Below, in pieces: positions 34,096 through 46,415 of a DNA stretch of 64,000 nt. The notes under the pieces are model-generated. The model worked only from the letters and a program-made list of their open reading frames with translations, was not told the DNA's origin and did no database searches. Every line of letters starts with the position of its first letter. Within the stretch, counting starts at the first letter, position 1. The stretch lies in NCBI GenBank assembly GCA_026936335.1, contig JAPMXV010000016.1:252695-316694 (forward strand), given 5' to 3'. Origin of the DNA: Mantamonas sphyraenae STR306 (lineage: Eukaryota > Protista > CRuMs). The translations under genes were made by a program, and so were the position numbers.

Positions 34096-36175
34096 TTACA
34101 AGAGCATGGCGGTGGGGTCCTTCATGTTGCGGACAAAGTACTGGAGCCACTCGGCACCGATGGCACCGTCAACGACACGGTGGTCGCAGCTCAGAGTGAC
34201 GGTCATGTAGGTCTGGGTCTTGAAGGCACCGTCTGCGGCAGGCACGACGCGCTGCTCGCTGCCTCCGACGGCAAGGATGGCAGCCTGGGGCGGGTTGATG
34301 ACGGCAGTGAACTGGCGGATGCCAAACATGCCGAGGTTGGAGATGGTAAAGGTGCCGGCAGCCATCTGGGCGGCGGTAAGTTTACCGTCCTTGGCGAGAT
34401 CTGCAAGCTGCTTGACGTCGGCATTGATTTCCTGCAGGCCCTTGTAGTTGGCATCGGTGATGAGAGGCGTGAGGAGGCCGTTGTCTGTGTTGACGGCGAC
34501 GTTGACGTCGACGTTCTCGTACTGGCGAATAAAGAGGCCGTTTTCACCCTCCATCCAAGCACTGTTGACCTCGGGCACGTGGTGCATACTCATGGCGGCG
34601 GCCTTGATGACAAAGTCGTTGACAGAAAGCTTGAAGGAGTCGTTTGCGAGGGCGTTGAACTCCTTGCGCACTCGCAGCATGTCGTCGACGGGGAAGTCGA
34701 CGGTAAGATAGTAATGAGGGACATCTCGCTTGCTTGCAGTCAGTTTGTTGGCAATGACCTTGCGGATGTTGGACACGGGCAAGTCCTGGAAAGTTGCGCC
34801 TGCGACTGTGGCCTGGGCGGCAGCCGCAGCCGAGGTAGACGAGGTCTTTGCACCTGCTCCCTTGCTGAGGTGATCCTTGACGTCGGCTTGGACGACACGT
34901 GCGTTGGGGCCTGTGCCTTTGACGTCGGCCAAGTCGACGCCGTTGGTGCGTGCCTGATGTTTTGCGGCAGGCGAGGAGAGGACACGTCCATCCGACGACG
35001 TCTTGGGCTGGCTCTGCTGAGGCTGGCTCTGCTGGGGCTGGCTCTGCTGGGTCGAAGAGGCAGGCTCGGGCTCGGGCTGGGCCTCGGCGGCGGGGGCCGT
35101 CTTTGCGGCGGGCGCATTGCCACCCGAGTAGTTCTTTGCGCTCTCGATCTCGTCCTCGTCAAAGACAATGAGACAGATGATCTGCAGGGATGGCGTGGGG
35201 TGTGTGGGGTGACCATGTCGGGGACACGAAGGAGAGTAAATGCAGAGCGGGTGTGAGTGGCTGCGAATCGGAGGAAAGAAGTGTTTCGGAACGGAGCGGG
35301 CCGAGAGAGAGGGAAGCGAGGGGGAAATTGGACGGGAACGGAACGGGCCCGGGGTTTTGGAAGGGCGTACCTCGCCGAGCTTGACATTGTCGGTGCCCTC
35401 GGGCACGAGAATGCGTGCAAGATAGCCCTCTTCGGGCGATTCAAAGTCCATGGTGGCCTTGTCGGTCTCGATGCGGCAGAGAACGTCGCCTGGGTTGACC
35501 TGGTCGCCTTCGCCAGCAACCCACTCGACAATGTTGCCCGTCTCCATGGTTGGGGAGAGGGCAGGCATTTCGATTTCCACTCCATCAAACTCTGTGAGGG
35601 GTGAGGAACGAGCAGAGGGGGCCAGGGTGAGCGTGTGCATGGGAGTGAGGGCGGGGAGGGCAGCGCGGGAGGCAAGGACGAGGAAAGGAGGCGCACATGG
35701 CAGCCGGGTCCGCTGCCAGGTTTGCGATTGCACGGGGCATGCATTGTACAGACACAGCACGCGGGCATATGCATGCAAACAAAGGTCCAACGGCAGATAT
35801 GCACGCAAGGAGTAGGAGGGAGTGTGTGTGTGACACGTGGACAGCACGGCGAAAAGAGACACCCGGAGACAATTGGTGGCAAATGTGAAGAAAGGAAAAG
35901 CAGCTGTGTGCTGAGGAGCACGTACCTGCAGACGCATAGGCGCGATGGACGACAGAGGCGGCAGGAGAGGCAAGAGCAGGTCCTCGCAGCAGTGTGTTGC
36001 GCATGGAGGCGCCAGAGCGGAGGGCAGGGAGCGTGTGCTTCCTGACAATCGCTGTTGCCACGGCACGCGTCTGTTTGGGCACGTGGCGAGCAGCAGACGT
36101 CACCTGTGTGCTTCGGCGACTGCCCATGGCAGCAACAGTACGTTGACTGATCTTGGCAACAGGTCGGCGGAACAT
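34096..36175 (-). CDS. DLAT: Pyruvate dehydrogenase E2 dihydrolipoamide acetyltransferase, mitochondrial
   Basis: Arg-rich presequence MFRRPVAK, lipoyl domain MPALSPTM..IETDKAT, E3-binding domain (GTGPNARV) and catalytic CDHRVVDGA. Introns 35925-35592 and 35370-35182. Confidence 0.96.
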
Positions 36176-36276
36176 GATTGTGTGTGTGTATGGGTTGTGG
36201 GGGGGAAATTGGGTGTCTGGCTCTGCGCGACCGGACACATTCCCACACACAGGCACCCTCCACCTCACACGAGCTC

Positions 36277-37547
36277 ATGTCGACCATGTCAGGTGCGTCG
36301 TCGTCGTCGTCCTTGTCGTCGTCGTCGTCGGTGCTGGCGGCGGAAACAGCGGGAGGGTCGGGTGAGGCGACACTGGACTCGGCACTGGGGGCTGCCACCG
36401 TACAGCTGGAGGCACAACAAGGGCGGCTGAAGCAGCTGGAGGAGATGCGACACGAGATGCAGGGAACCATCCAGCAGGTTTCGTATCTGCCGAGCAAACT
36501 CAAACATCCGGTGATGCTGCCGCTGTGCAGCGTCGCTTTCGTTCCGGGCCACCTGTACCACACCAACGAGTGCTATTCGCTGCTGGGCGACAACCTGTTT
36601 GTAAAGACCACAGCACACAAAACGGCGGACATTCTAACGCGGCGGCTTCAGTGTAGGTGTGGCTGTGTGGCTGTGTTGCGTGGAGGGAGAACCGATATGC
36701 ACTCGAGAACTGGGATACTGACGCAGGCACTGCCACACACACTCGTACCCACGCAGTCGTTGACCAGCAGATCCGTGAGGCAGAGGGCTATCTGAGCAGT
36801 GCACAACAGCGTCTGGGCGTGATGAAGAGTGCTCGCGTGAACAAGCAGCACGCAAGCCTGGAGGAGCAGGCTCGCAGTCAGGGAGGCGTCGTTAGCATCG
36901 ACAACGGCGTTGCAAACATCCTCGAGTACGAAGAGGATGAATCTGGAGTGGAAGACGATGTGCAGGGGGTGTATTCGGCATCTGCGGGCTCGTCGTCGTC
37001 GCAAAGTGGCGGAGCTTCCGTGTCCACGCCTGCTGACAACGACACAATAGCTGCGATGTTTGACGAGCTCATGGCCCAGGAGGAGGGCGAGTTTGACGAG
37101 GACTGGGTGGACGATGGTGAGGGCATTGTGGCTGGTGGCGACGAGGAGATTGAAGTCGTAGACGTGCCGCTGGAACAGGACACAGACGCACAGGAAGGGA
37201 GCGCGAGCCACACAGAAGCGGGAAGCAGTTCCAGAAGCAGCAAAGGAAGCGTCGGTGGTACACAAACAGAGTCGTCTGGACCAGAAGGGGGCCTGGGCAA
37301 AGTGGTGGAGCACAGCACAGCTCCTACGTCACCTGCAGACATCTACAACAGCTTCCGCAGCAAGCAGCAGGCCAAACCCGTGGCGTTTGCAGGCTCTGCA
37401 GCGTTTTCGGGACAGATTGTGGAAAAGAGCGCAGAGATGGGTGGCAACGACGTGTCGGCACGGCAGGAGGGAGTTGCACAGCAGCAGCAGCAACAACAGC
37501 AGCCGAAAAAGATGTCCAGATTTATGCAACAACGAATGAACCGGTAG
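36277..37547 (+). CDS. URI1: Unconventional prefoldin RPB5 interactor (URI1/Bud27)
   Basis: LPSKLKHPVMLPL..AFVPGHLYHTNE..LLGDNLF prefoldin-alpha domain, intron 36653-36756, acidic middle and C-terminal KKMSRF motif. Confidence 0.9.
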
Positions 37548-37630
37548 TTGCGTGGTGCATTGGATTCACTTGGATTCACAATGGACACCATGCTGTGGTG
37601 GGGCCAAGCAAACGTGTCTGTTTCCTCGAC

Positions 37631-40600
37631 ATGTCCCGAAGACGCGTTGCACAGTCGCCACAGGACAATGCTGTGGAGTTGACGTCTTTGGGCGCCGCGT
37701 CGTCGACGTCGCAGCGTGGGCGCGGGCCTTCGCCTCCGCTGAGTGGGCCGTCCGGCCCGCATGACGACAGCACTCAGCACGGCCTGCTGACGGGTCGCAA
37801 GGTGGCGCCGTCCAAACAGCGTGGCAACAGTGTGGTGGAGCGCTTGGCGTATCGTTGGCGCAAGTTCATGGCCGGCTACGAGATCTCTTTGCGCTATGTG
37901 TTTCAGGAGACCAGGGTGCACAAGCGCAGCTTCTTTGTGGGCATGACCACGGTGTTTCTGGTGGTCATGTTTGTGTCGCTGCTCCAGAATGCCATCTACA
38001 AGTCGCCTCTCATCTTCATCAAGCTGTCGGAGAACAACGTGGGCGAGTACGACCTGGTAAGTGCCCGGCCGGAAAAGCAGGCGGTGGGAATCAGCGGCGC
38101 CTTTCCAGCCTTCCGACGCTCACGCCGTCCTGTCGTGCCCTTCTGTGGGTGTCTGCGTGCGCGTGCGCCGCACCCACGCGTGGCCGCGTATTGCTGCACA
38201 GCTTATGCTGCCCGAAGTGAACAACCAAACACAGACGTTCTTTCTGAACACGTCGCAGATCGCACAGCGGCTGGCCAGCGTTCCCGAAGCCGTGGGTGTC
38301 ACGCCCCGCTGGGTCCTGCAAGCTCGCGTGGCCAATCCCACCACAGGCAAGTCCACAAGCAGCATTGTGCTGGTCATTGACAGCGAGCAGGAAAAGCGCA
38401 TCGGCCTGGGGCGCGGGTGGACGCGCAGACCTCTTGGCCGCGACGAAACATACATCTCGGCCAGTGTGCTGCGTCAGATCGGTGTCAAGGGAGGGGAAGG
38501 CAACCGAGTCGACCTTAACATCGATCTGCTCGGCGCCGCCGACAACCTGAACGGCTTCAGTGCGGCCGTGGGTGGCTCCACCGCAAACGACGCCGGCCGG
38601 CGCGCCCTTGCCGTGCAGCTGGCCACGGCAGCCGGGTTTAACTTTCAGGGAAACACCACCGTCAATGTCACAGGCGGGAACATCCCTGGTCTGCCGGTGC
38701 CCATCCCTGTGGGACCCACGCAGGTGACGGTGCCCAACCAAGCCATCTTTGACGCGGCCTACCCGGCCATCATCAGTGCGCTCAACCTGACCACGTCGCT
38801 GACGGTTGTGGACGGCGTCGAGCTGCCCGATGGCAAGTGGCCAACGTCCCTGGGTAACGTCGTCGTGCTGGAAGCCAAGCACGTGCTCGACACTTTGGCA
38901 GAAGCAGCCACAGCCGATCAAACGCCGGCCACACAGGCGGCGCTGGCTGCAGCTGGCTTTTCGCCGCAGCAGATACAGCAGCAGGTGAGTGCAGTCAACA
39001 TCTCTGAGTTTGCCCTTTCGGTGGTGGTCATGTACCGCGACCGCGTGACGGCATACCAAAAGGCAAACACAGAGCTTGACCTGGACATGATCGACTTTAC
39101 AAACAAGGTGAGCCAAGGCGTGGGCACGGACTTTCCGGTCACCTACCAGCTGCCAGTGCGCCAGGCGCTGCAAGCCACGTACTTTATCCGCTTGTTTCTG
39201 GACCAGATCTTTACGGCGACCACGGTTCTCCTGCTCATCCTCGGCTCCATGCTGATCTACTCGCTGCTGATCTCGGACGTAGAGGAGAAAACGTACGAAT
39301 ACGGCATGCTGCGTGCGTTGGGCATGAAGCACAACAACCTCGTGCAGATCCTGACCACGCAGGCGTTGTTCTTTGCCGTTCCAGCCATCAGTGCGGGCCT
39401 CCTGGTCGCCTTTCTGCTCAACCTGCCCATTGCCTCCCTCATTGGCGAGTACACGGTGCTTCCACCTGACTACACGCTGGACCCGGGCGTAGTGGCGCTC
39501 GCCTTTATTCTGGGCATTTTCATGCCCATCTTGTCCAACATCGCACCGATCCAACGGGCGCTGGGCAAGACCCTGCGCGATGCCCTCGACTTGTACCACC
39601 AAACAGTGAATGACAGCCGCGTGACAGTCATCAAGCTCGAGGAGATGGGCATTTCGCCGTGGCAAACTTCCATGAGCGTGCTCATGATTGTCATTGGCTT
39701 TGTCGTCTACTACGTGATCCCGTTTTCGTTCATTTTCAACAACCTGCCCTTGTTTCTGACCATCCTCAATGCCATCCTGCTGGGAATGCTGCTGGGATTG
39801 AGCCTTGTGGCTGTCAACTTGCAGCCGATTCTGGAACGCGGCATCGTGAAGCTCATGCTTTGGGGCCGTTACGAGAGCCTGGGCAAGCTGGTCACCAAGA
39901 ACCTGGGAGGCCACAGGCAGCGCAACCTGAAGACGGCGCTGATGTTTACGACAGCGCTTGCGTTTATCGTCTTTGCGGCGGCCATGTTTTCGCTGCAGGC
40001 GGTGACCATCCGCGACAACGTACAACAGGCCTTTGGGGCCGACTTGGTCGTGCAGGCTCCCAGTTGGGACCAGCCGCTCAACTACGAGGGCCTGAAGAGC
40101 TACATGGAGTCGCGCCTCGGCGACAGCAGCGAGAACGTGCTCAAGCGCTACACCTTTGTGACGTTTCCGGTGACGAGCGCGCCTCTGATCACACAATCGG
40201 TGATTGGCAACCTAGCAGGGTACGGAGATGCAAATGTGCGCGTGTACGGACTGGAGCGCGAGTATCTGGCGGCGACGTACCAGCAGTTTTACCTGCCTGT
40301 GCGTGTGGATCCGTCGTTCCGGTACCAGCTGACGTCGTCGCTGCAACCGGACGTGATCAAAAGCCTGTACGACGACGCAGGCAAAGCCAAGCCAGAGGGC
40401 AATCTGGACAAGCCCGACGTGGACGTGGTGCTGGGCTACCGCGAGGGCAACCGTGGCGAGGGGCCGCGGCTGGCAGGGAACATCACAACGGAACAAGCGT
40501 ACAACCAGTACTACGACGTGGTAGTGTCCGAGTCGTTGCGTCTGTCGCAATCGCTGGGCATCAGAGAGCCGTGCAAGGTGATTATCAAGGCGGCCAAGGA

Positions 40601-41366
40601 CAAAGAGTCTGCTCAGTTGCACTCTTTGTCGCTGATCCGCGGCATGATGCAAAAGGTGCCCGGGTTCTCGTTTACGTCGTACCGAGGCTTTGGCGGCAGC
40701 TCTCCCGTGCTGGTGACGCTGGACAACTACCAGGACATGCTGAACTGGGCGCAGTCGCGCGTGAACAGCACCAACAGCACAGCGGGCCCCACCGAGAACT
40801 ACCCTGTTCGCTACGAGCGGTTGCTGATCAAGATGCAGGACAACACGACGTTGTTTGAGCGTGAGAGCATCGCCAACGGCGTGCGCAACTTTCTGCCGTC
40901 AGACCAGTACCAGGTGCTGGACACGGCATCGCTGGTGGACACAACCAAACTGGCCACGGATCTGATCCTGGTGTTTTTCAATCTGGTGGCAGTGATTGCG
41001 TCTGTGTTGTGCTTTTTCATGTTGTGGCTGTCGTTTACAGCAAATGTCAAGGAGAACAGCTGGGAGTTTGGCGTGCTGCGCAGCATCGGGTTGAATTCGA
41101 ACCAGGTGTTGCTCATGTATGTGTTTGAAGCGCTGGCACTGATTATTGCGTCTGTTCTGATGGGCAGTGTGATTGGCATTGCGATTGCCATCACGCTGAC
41201 GCTGCAGTTCAACCTGTTTACTGAGATGCCGTTTGTGTTTGTGTTTCCATACACGCTGTTCTTCAGCGTCGTGACCATGAGTGTCATTGTGGCGGTCATT
41301 GGCTCGTGGCTGCCGGCGAGGAAGTTTAACCGCAAGCAGATTGCGCTGATTCTGCGCGGCAACTAG
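37631..41366 (+). CDS. FtsX/MacB-type (ABC3) permease with two permease domains
   Basis: Intron 38057-38201. Two motifs, EKTYEYGMLRALGM and ENSWEFGVLRSIGL, each followed by TM helices, with large extracellular loops. Confidence 0.88.
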
Positions 41367-41495
41367 GACATGAGGTGGAGAGAGAGAGGAATGGGCATGA
41401 ATGTTTTTCAAAACAGCTGTTTTTTGTTTTGGCGGCTCTTGCCGCCCCCCAGGGGTGCCGATGATCGATGATGCACACACTGCACACAGGTGCAT

Positions 41496-44400
41496 TCAGC
41501 CCATCCAAGCAAGCATGTCTCCTGTGGTGGGGAGGTGGCCTGCTGCGCCGTCGACTACAGGTGGCGGCGGACCGCCCGACCCGCTAGGTGCAGGGGCGCC
41601 GGAGCCACTTGGAGCAGGGCCGCCTGAGCCGCTAGGAGCGGGCGAGCTGCTTGCGCTGCTGCCGCCTCCGAGGATGCCGCCAAAGTTGCCGACGGCACCC
41701 GAGGCACTGAGGAGGGGCATGACGACAAAGAAAAAGATGGCGCCAAGGAGGCCGAGGACGAGGATTCCGATGAGAAGCCACTTGTTGTCTGCGAAAAAGT
41801 TGCCAAACTTGCCACCCAGGTTCCACGGGGCGGGCGGGCGAGGCGGTTCCTCGAGGAATGGGTGCTGGTTGGGCTCGTCGCGGCCCATGCCGGCGTCCAT
41901 CTTTTTGCCGCCAGCCTTGGTCATCCAGTAGAGGGAAACTTCGATTTGGGCGCGGATCATGGGGTCTTTGTGCACGGGGTGGGTCATGTCCAGGCGGGAG
42001 GTGAGGGGCTTGCACTCGGCGTACTTTTCGCCACCGGGCATGCCCTTGGGGAAGGTCTGCTCGCCTTGGATCTTGCCGGCTTTCTTGAGGAAGCCCTTGA
42101 GGTTGAGATTGACCTCTGCGAGGGCGTCGTTGGGAGAGATGAGGCCGCGGTCCCAGAGCTGGAGGAGCATGCGATGGGGCTCGCTCTCCTCGAGGGGCAG
42201 GTCCATGTCGACGAGCTTGCGCCAGTTGAAGCGGCCCTCGTGGTCGTCACTGTTCCAGTGGGTGTCTGTCTCGAGGAGCTCGCGCGTCTTTTGGTCGCCA
42301 AACTGGGAGCTGACCATAAAGTCACCCTTGTTTGCGTTGGCCGGGTACTCGGCGTTGTAGACATTCCAGACAATGAGGCGCATCTGGAAGGGCTTGGGCG
42401 GCGGGGGCTTGATGTTATCGGGCGGGTGTGCGCGAGCGTAGGCGACGTCGAGGATTTCGACGCGCATCTCGACCTTGCCCTGGGGTAGCTGTGAGGAGGG
42501 GCTCCACAGGGTTCGATACTCAATGGGCTTGAGTTCCTCTGCGTTCCAGCGCTGGTTGTAGTGACGCATTTCGAGGTCGACGACGGTCTCGCCGATGAGC
42601 TCATCGGCAAAGACGACGTTGTACTCGTAGAGCTGGACGCGAAGGTCTGCGTCGCCGGGCAGTTCTGCGCGTACCTCGTAGCACTCGTAGAACTTGGGCT
42701 TGCGAGTCTTTTCCTCGGTGCGGTGGTGGACGCCGCTTGCGGTGAAGGACGGGTCCCAGTCGCCGGTGGTGACCATAGGGTAGATGATGGCAGAGCGAGA
42801 CATCTGGAGGGCGCGGTAGACGTAGACGCGGATGACCTTGAGGGTAGGTTCCATGTCGTTTTGGAGGGTTGCGCTGAGCTCCTGGTCGTAGGCCTTTTGG
42901 AGAGGGTTGAGATCCTTGGCGATGCGGCGCTTGTAGTCCTCCTTGTCCTCGTCCTGTTCGCGAGGGGTATCGCGGAAGTAGGACGGGGTGGGAAGGAGGT
43001 CTGCTGGGATGCTGTCGGCGTCAAAGATCTGGATCTTCATCTTGATCTTGCCCGAGACGTTGGGACGGGTGCCGAGGCCGGCTCCCCTGTACAGGTTGAA
43101 CGTCTTGAAGGGCACTTCTGTGCTGAGCGGATCGGGTTTCATGACCTTTGTGAGCTCGAGCTCGACGGGGTAGCGGTCGGGTTCCTTTTGCTTCTGGGCG
43201 TCGTCCTCGTCACCGGGCATGCGAGTTTCCTGGACGTCGGGCATGGTGCGCACACCCTTGCGCTTGCCGGCAGGCGGTGTTTCAAAGGCCCAGTTGTCCA
43301 TTTCGAGGGAGTTGATGGACTCGACGTCGACCGGGATGGAGTCACCGTAGCTGACCTTTTTCGCTTCGTCCTTCTCGTGGCTCTCGACCAGGGAGGCGAG
43401 GAGCGGGTCGTCGCTCTTGCTGACCTTTGTGTTGCCAGTGGGGAGGACCTCTGGGTTTGGGACGCCGTCGAGGTCGACGTCTGGCCAGGTGTCGACGGGA
43501 AGGAAGCGCTGGAGCGGGATGGAGGTGACACCGATGAGGGGCTGCATCATGCCTCGGTCGTCGTAGACGCGAATGGTGAGGGCGGGTGTGTAGAGGTCGT
43601 CGAGGGGCAGGAGTTCGCGGAGGTGGACGACCTTGAGGTGGTTGACGTTGACGCCGTCGTCGTCTTCTTCGTCAAGAGTGACAGTTTGGGCGTTGCTCAT
43701 GTCACCTGTGTCGAGCATGATGTAGGGTTTCTTGCAGCCGCTGAACATGTAGGGCATGAGAGAGCGGAGGCCAAGGATGTCGACGCGGATGTAGCAGAAC
43801 TTGCCGTTGGGCATCTGGATGTCGTCTGCATGCTTGGTGGCCTGGAGGGAGGAGGTGGGAGCAGCGGCGGCGGCGGCGGCAGCTGCGGAGGAGGAGGAGG
43901 AGGAGGAGGAGCCTACGCCTGCAGCGGAGGCGTCTGTGGATGAGGCGCCAGCTTCTGCGTCGTCGAGGGCGTCCGGGACGTGGTCCTGGAGCTGGAAGGA
44001 GGCGAGAATGGCACCGTTGTTGTCGTCGAGGCGGCCACTGTCGCGGTAGCACTTGTACCACTTGGGGAAGCCTGCACGGCGCTTGAGTTCTGTGACGGGC
44101 ACCTCTGTGCGGCAGAGGTAGTGGTTACCGCCCTCGAGCAAATCGCCGTAGTCCATGACACGGACGGTGATGAGCGGGGCGAGGGACTTGTCGACGGGGA
44201 GTTTGGCCTGGATGGTGAGCTTCTGGTACCACTGCGGGTAGTTTGTCATGTTCTTGTGCCTGCTGGGGGTGGCCTTGTAGGGACCGCAGCGGAGTTCGAT
44301 GAAGGGGTCGGAAGTGCCTGTGGGGTCGTAGGCGGGAAGGTCACGTCCCTGGTAGAGGTTCATGATGATGTTGCAGGCACGCTGTGCAGGGGCGGCAAAC

Positions 44401-46338
44401 GGGACGCGACCGGGAGAGTCTGCGGCCTTGCCGGCGAGCATTTTGAAGAGGACAAAGCCCGACGACTGGCCAGACTCTGCGTCCTGGAGGCCGTTGACCG
44501 GGTCTGGCTTGAGGGCGACCCAGCTGGGCTTTGCATCCCAGGTCATGGCGTCGGCAAAGTTGTAGTTGACGTATCCGACACGGTAGCCCTCGCCGATGCC
44601 AAGCTTGGGCTTGGCCCACATGTTGACGATGATGTCGGGCACGTAGCGGATGTCCTTGGGCCAGGAGTGGACGATTTCGTCGAGGGCCTTGTCAAAGGTG
44701 ACGACCTCGCCGACGGCGGGGCGGGCAGCGCTCTTGTAGGAGTAAGGGCCCCAGCAGATTTCGATTTGGTAGTTGTAAAGGAGGGAGTCTGGGAGGTCTG
44801 AGGCGTTGAAGAGGTCAAAGTAGATGTGGTACTCCTCCTCTTCGGGCTCTGCGGCAGGGTTGATGGCGGCGGTTGCGGCAATGGCCAGCTCAGGCTCGAC
44901 CATCTCTGCCTCGAGGCGAAGGAGAATGCGACCGACAAAGTTTGTGCGTTCTGCGTACTTGCCCTTGGAAAAATAGCCTTCGCCGGCTGCAGGGGGGATG
45001 CCGTAGAGGTTGAGCCATCCGGGGCCCCAGGGGTTGTTGCGGATGTCTGTAAACTTGAACTGGGCACGTGTGACTTCTGCAGAGCCGAGGACGTCTTTGT
45101 CGTAGAGGATGACGTCGATGTTGTTGCTCATGTTTGGGGTGACGACGGGGACGCGGACCTCTTCGTCAAAGGTGGGTTCCTGGTTGTTCTTTTCGACGCG
45201 TGTGGAGACCTCTGGGTTGCCAGCAAACTGGACGGCGACAAAGGGGTCGATGGTGCCGATCCAGTCTGTTTTGGGAAGGTTTTCGGCGCGATAGACGCGG
45301 ACTTTGAGGAGGTAGTGGGTTTCCTCGAGGTTTGGAGGTTTGAGTACCTGGAGGGGGGGAGGGGGGGGGGGGTTAGTGAGGGAAGGGGGGTTGGAGGGGG
45401 GGAGGGGGGAGTGAGGGGGGTGGGGGTGAGTGGGGGGAGGGGAAGGGGGAGGGGGTGCGAATCTGGGGGTTGGGATTGGGGTCGGGGTCGAGCTTCATCT
45501 GGGGGACTGTGCATGTGCTTACCAGAGATGCAAGGTCGTCGCCTTCGCCGTCTTCGTCGTCTTCTTCATCCTCGTCGTGGACGACGGGGCTCTCGCCGGG
45601 CTTGACGATGGTGATGGAGAGCTTGAGGTAGCCGCGAGATCCGGGACCGGCCTCGGTGTTGGTGAGCATGACCCACTGCTTCCAGTACTCGTGGTTCTTG
45701 TTTGCATAGATGGAGGCGCAGTCAAACTGGTACTGGCCTGAGAGAGCGCGGATGCGCAGGGTAGGGTGGGGTAGGCGAGGACGCAGGGTGAGTGATGGAG
45801 GCAGGCGGGGAAGGGACAGGTCAGGCGTCGGGGGCGGAGCCGATTTCCCTCTGAAAAGGGAATTGTGGCGCGCACAAAGAGAAAGGCAGCAGGTGGACTT
45901 GGGGATGGCAAGGAGGCGGATGGGTAGGCATACCAATGAGGACGTTTGTAAAGATGGTGTTTGTGTCAAAGACCTTGATGGTGACCTTTGCAGCGTCAAA
46001 CTCGCTGGGGTGGAGGCGGAGGTTGTTGAAGCTCTGCTGAGAGTTCCACATGGGGCTGGTGGTCTTCTTGAGGATTTCTGTGTACACCTTTTGGCCAGCA
46101 ATGTCGACTTCGACCATGGGGTCCATGGTGCTCTCCCCCTCCCTGCGATTGAGGAAAGCAGGAGCAGCAGGCATGCGGGTGGGCGGGAAAGGGACGGGTG
46201 AGCGCATGTCAGGGATTGAAGGGGAGGAACGCGGGGCTGGGAGGAGAACGGGAGGGCGGGCACGTACGCAGGTACGAGCTCGCGGGCCTCGATGATCTCC
46301 ACAAACGCGCCGTACTGGAAACGGCCGCTCTCGTCCAT
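41496..46338 (-). CDS. Ferlin (multi-C2, C-terminal TM; no DysF seen, type-II/otoferlin-like)
   Basis: Four exons, with introns ~46267-46143, ~45932-45738 and ~45521-45348. Multiple C2 domains, FerI-like GYLKLSITIVKPGE, FerB-like PDIIVNMW, KPIEYRTLW..QGKVEMRVEI, ETDTHW..GRFNWR, GMGRDEPN and a C-terminal TM. Confidence 0.92.
45350..45487 (+). repeat. Dense G-tract (G-quadruplex-prone) inside ferlin intron
   Basis: More than 15 runs of G3 or longer, some much longer, in ~140 bp. Confidence 0.85.
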
Positions 46339-46415
46339 GGGTGCGTGTGTGGGGCGTGTGTGTGGTGGCGCCGGGGCGGGCGATGGGCAGGCCAACCAAA
46401 GTCGCGCAGTGAAGG

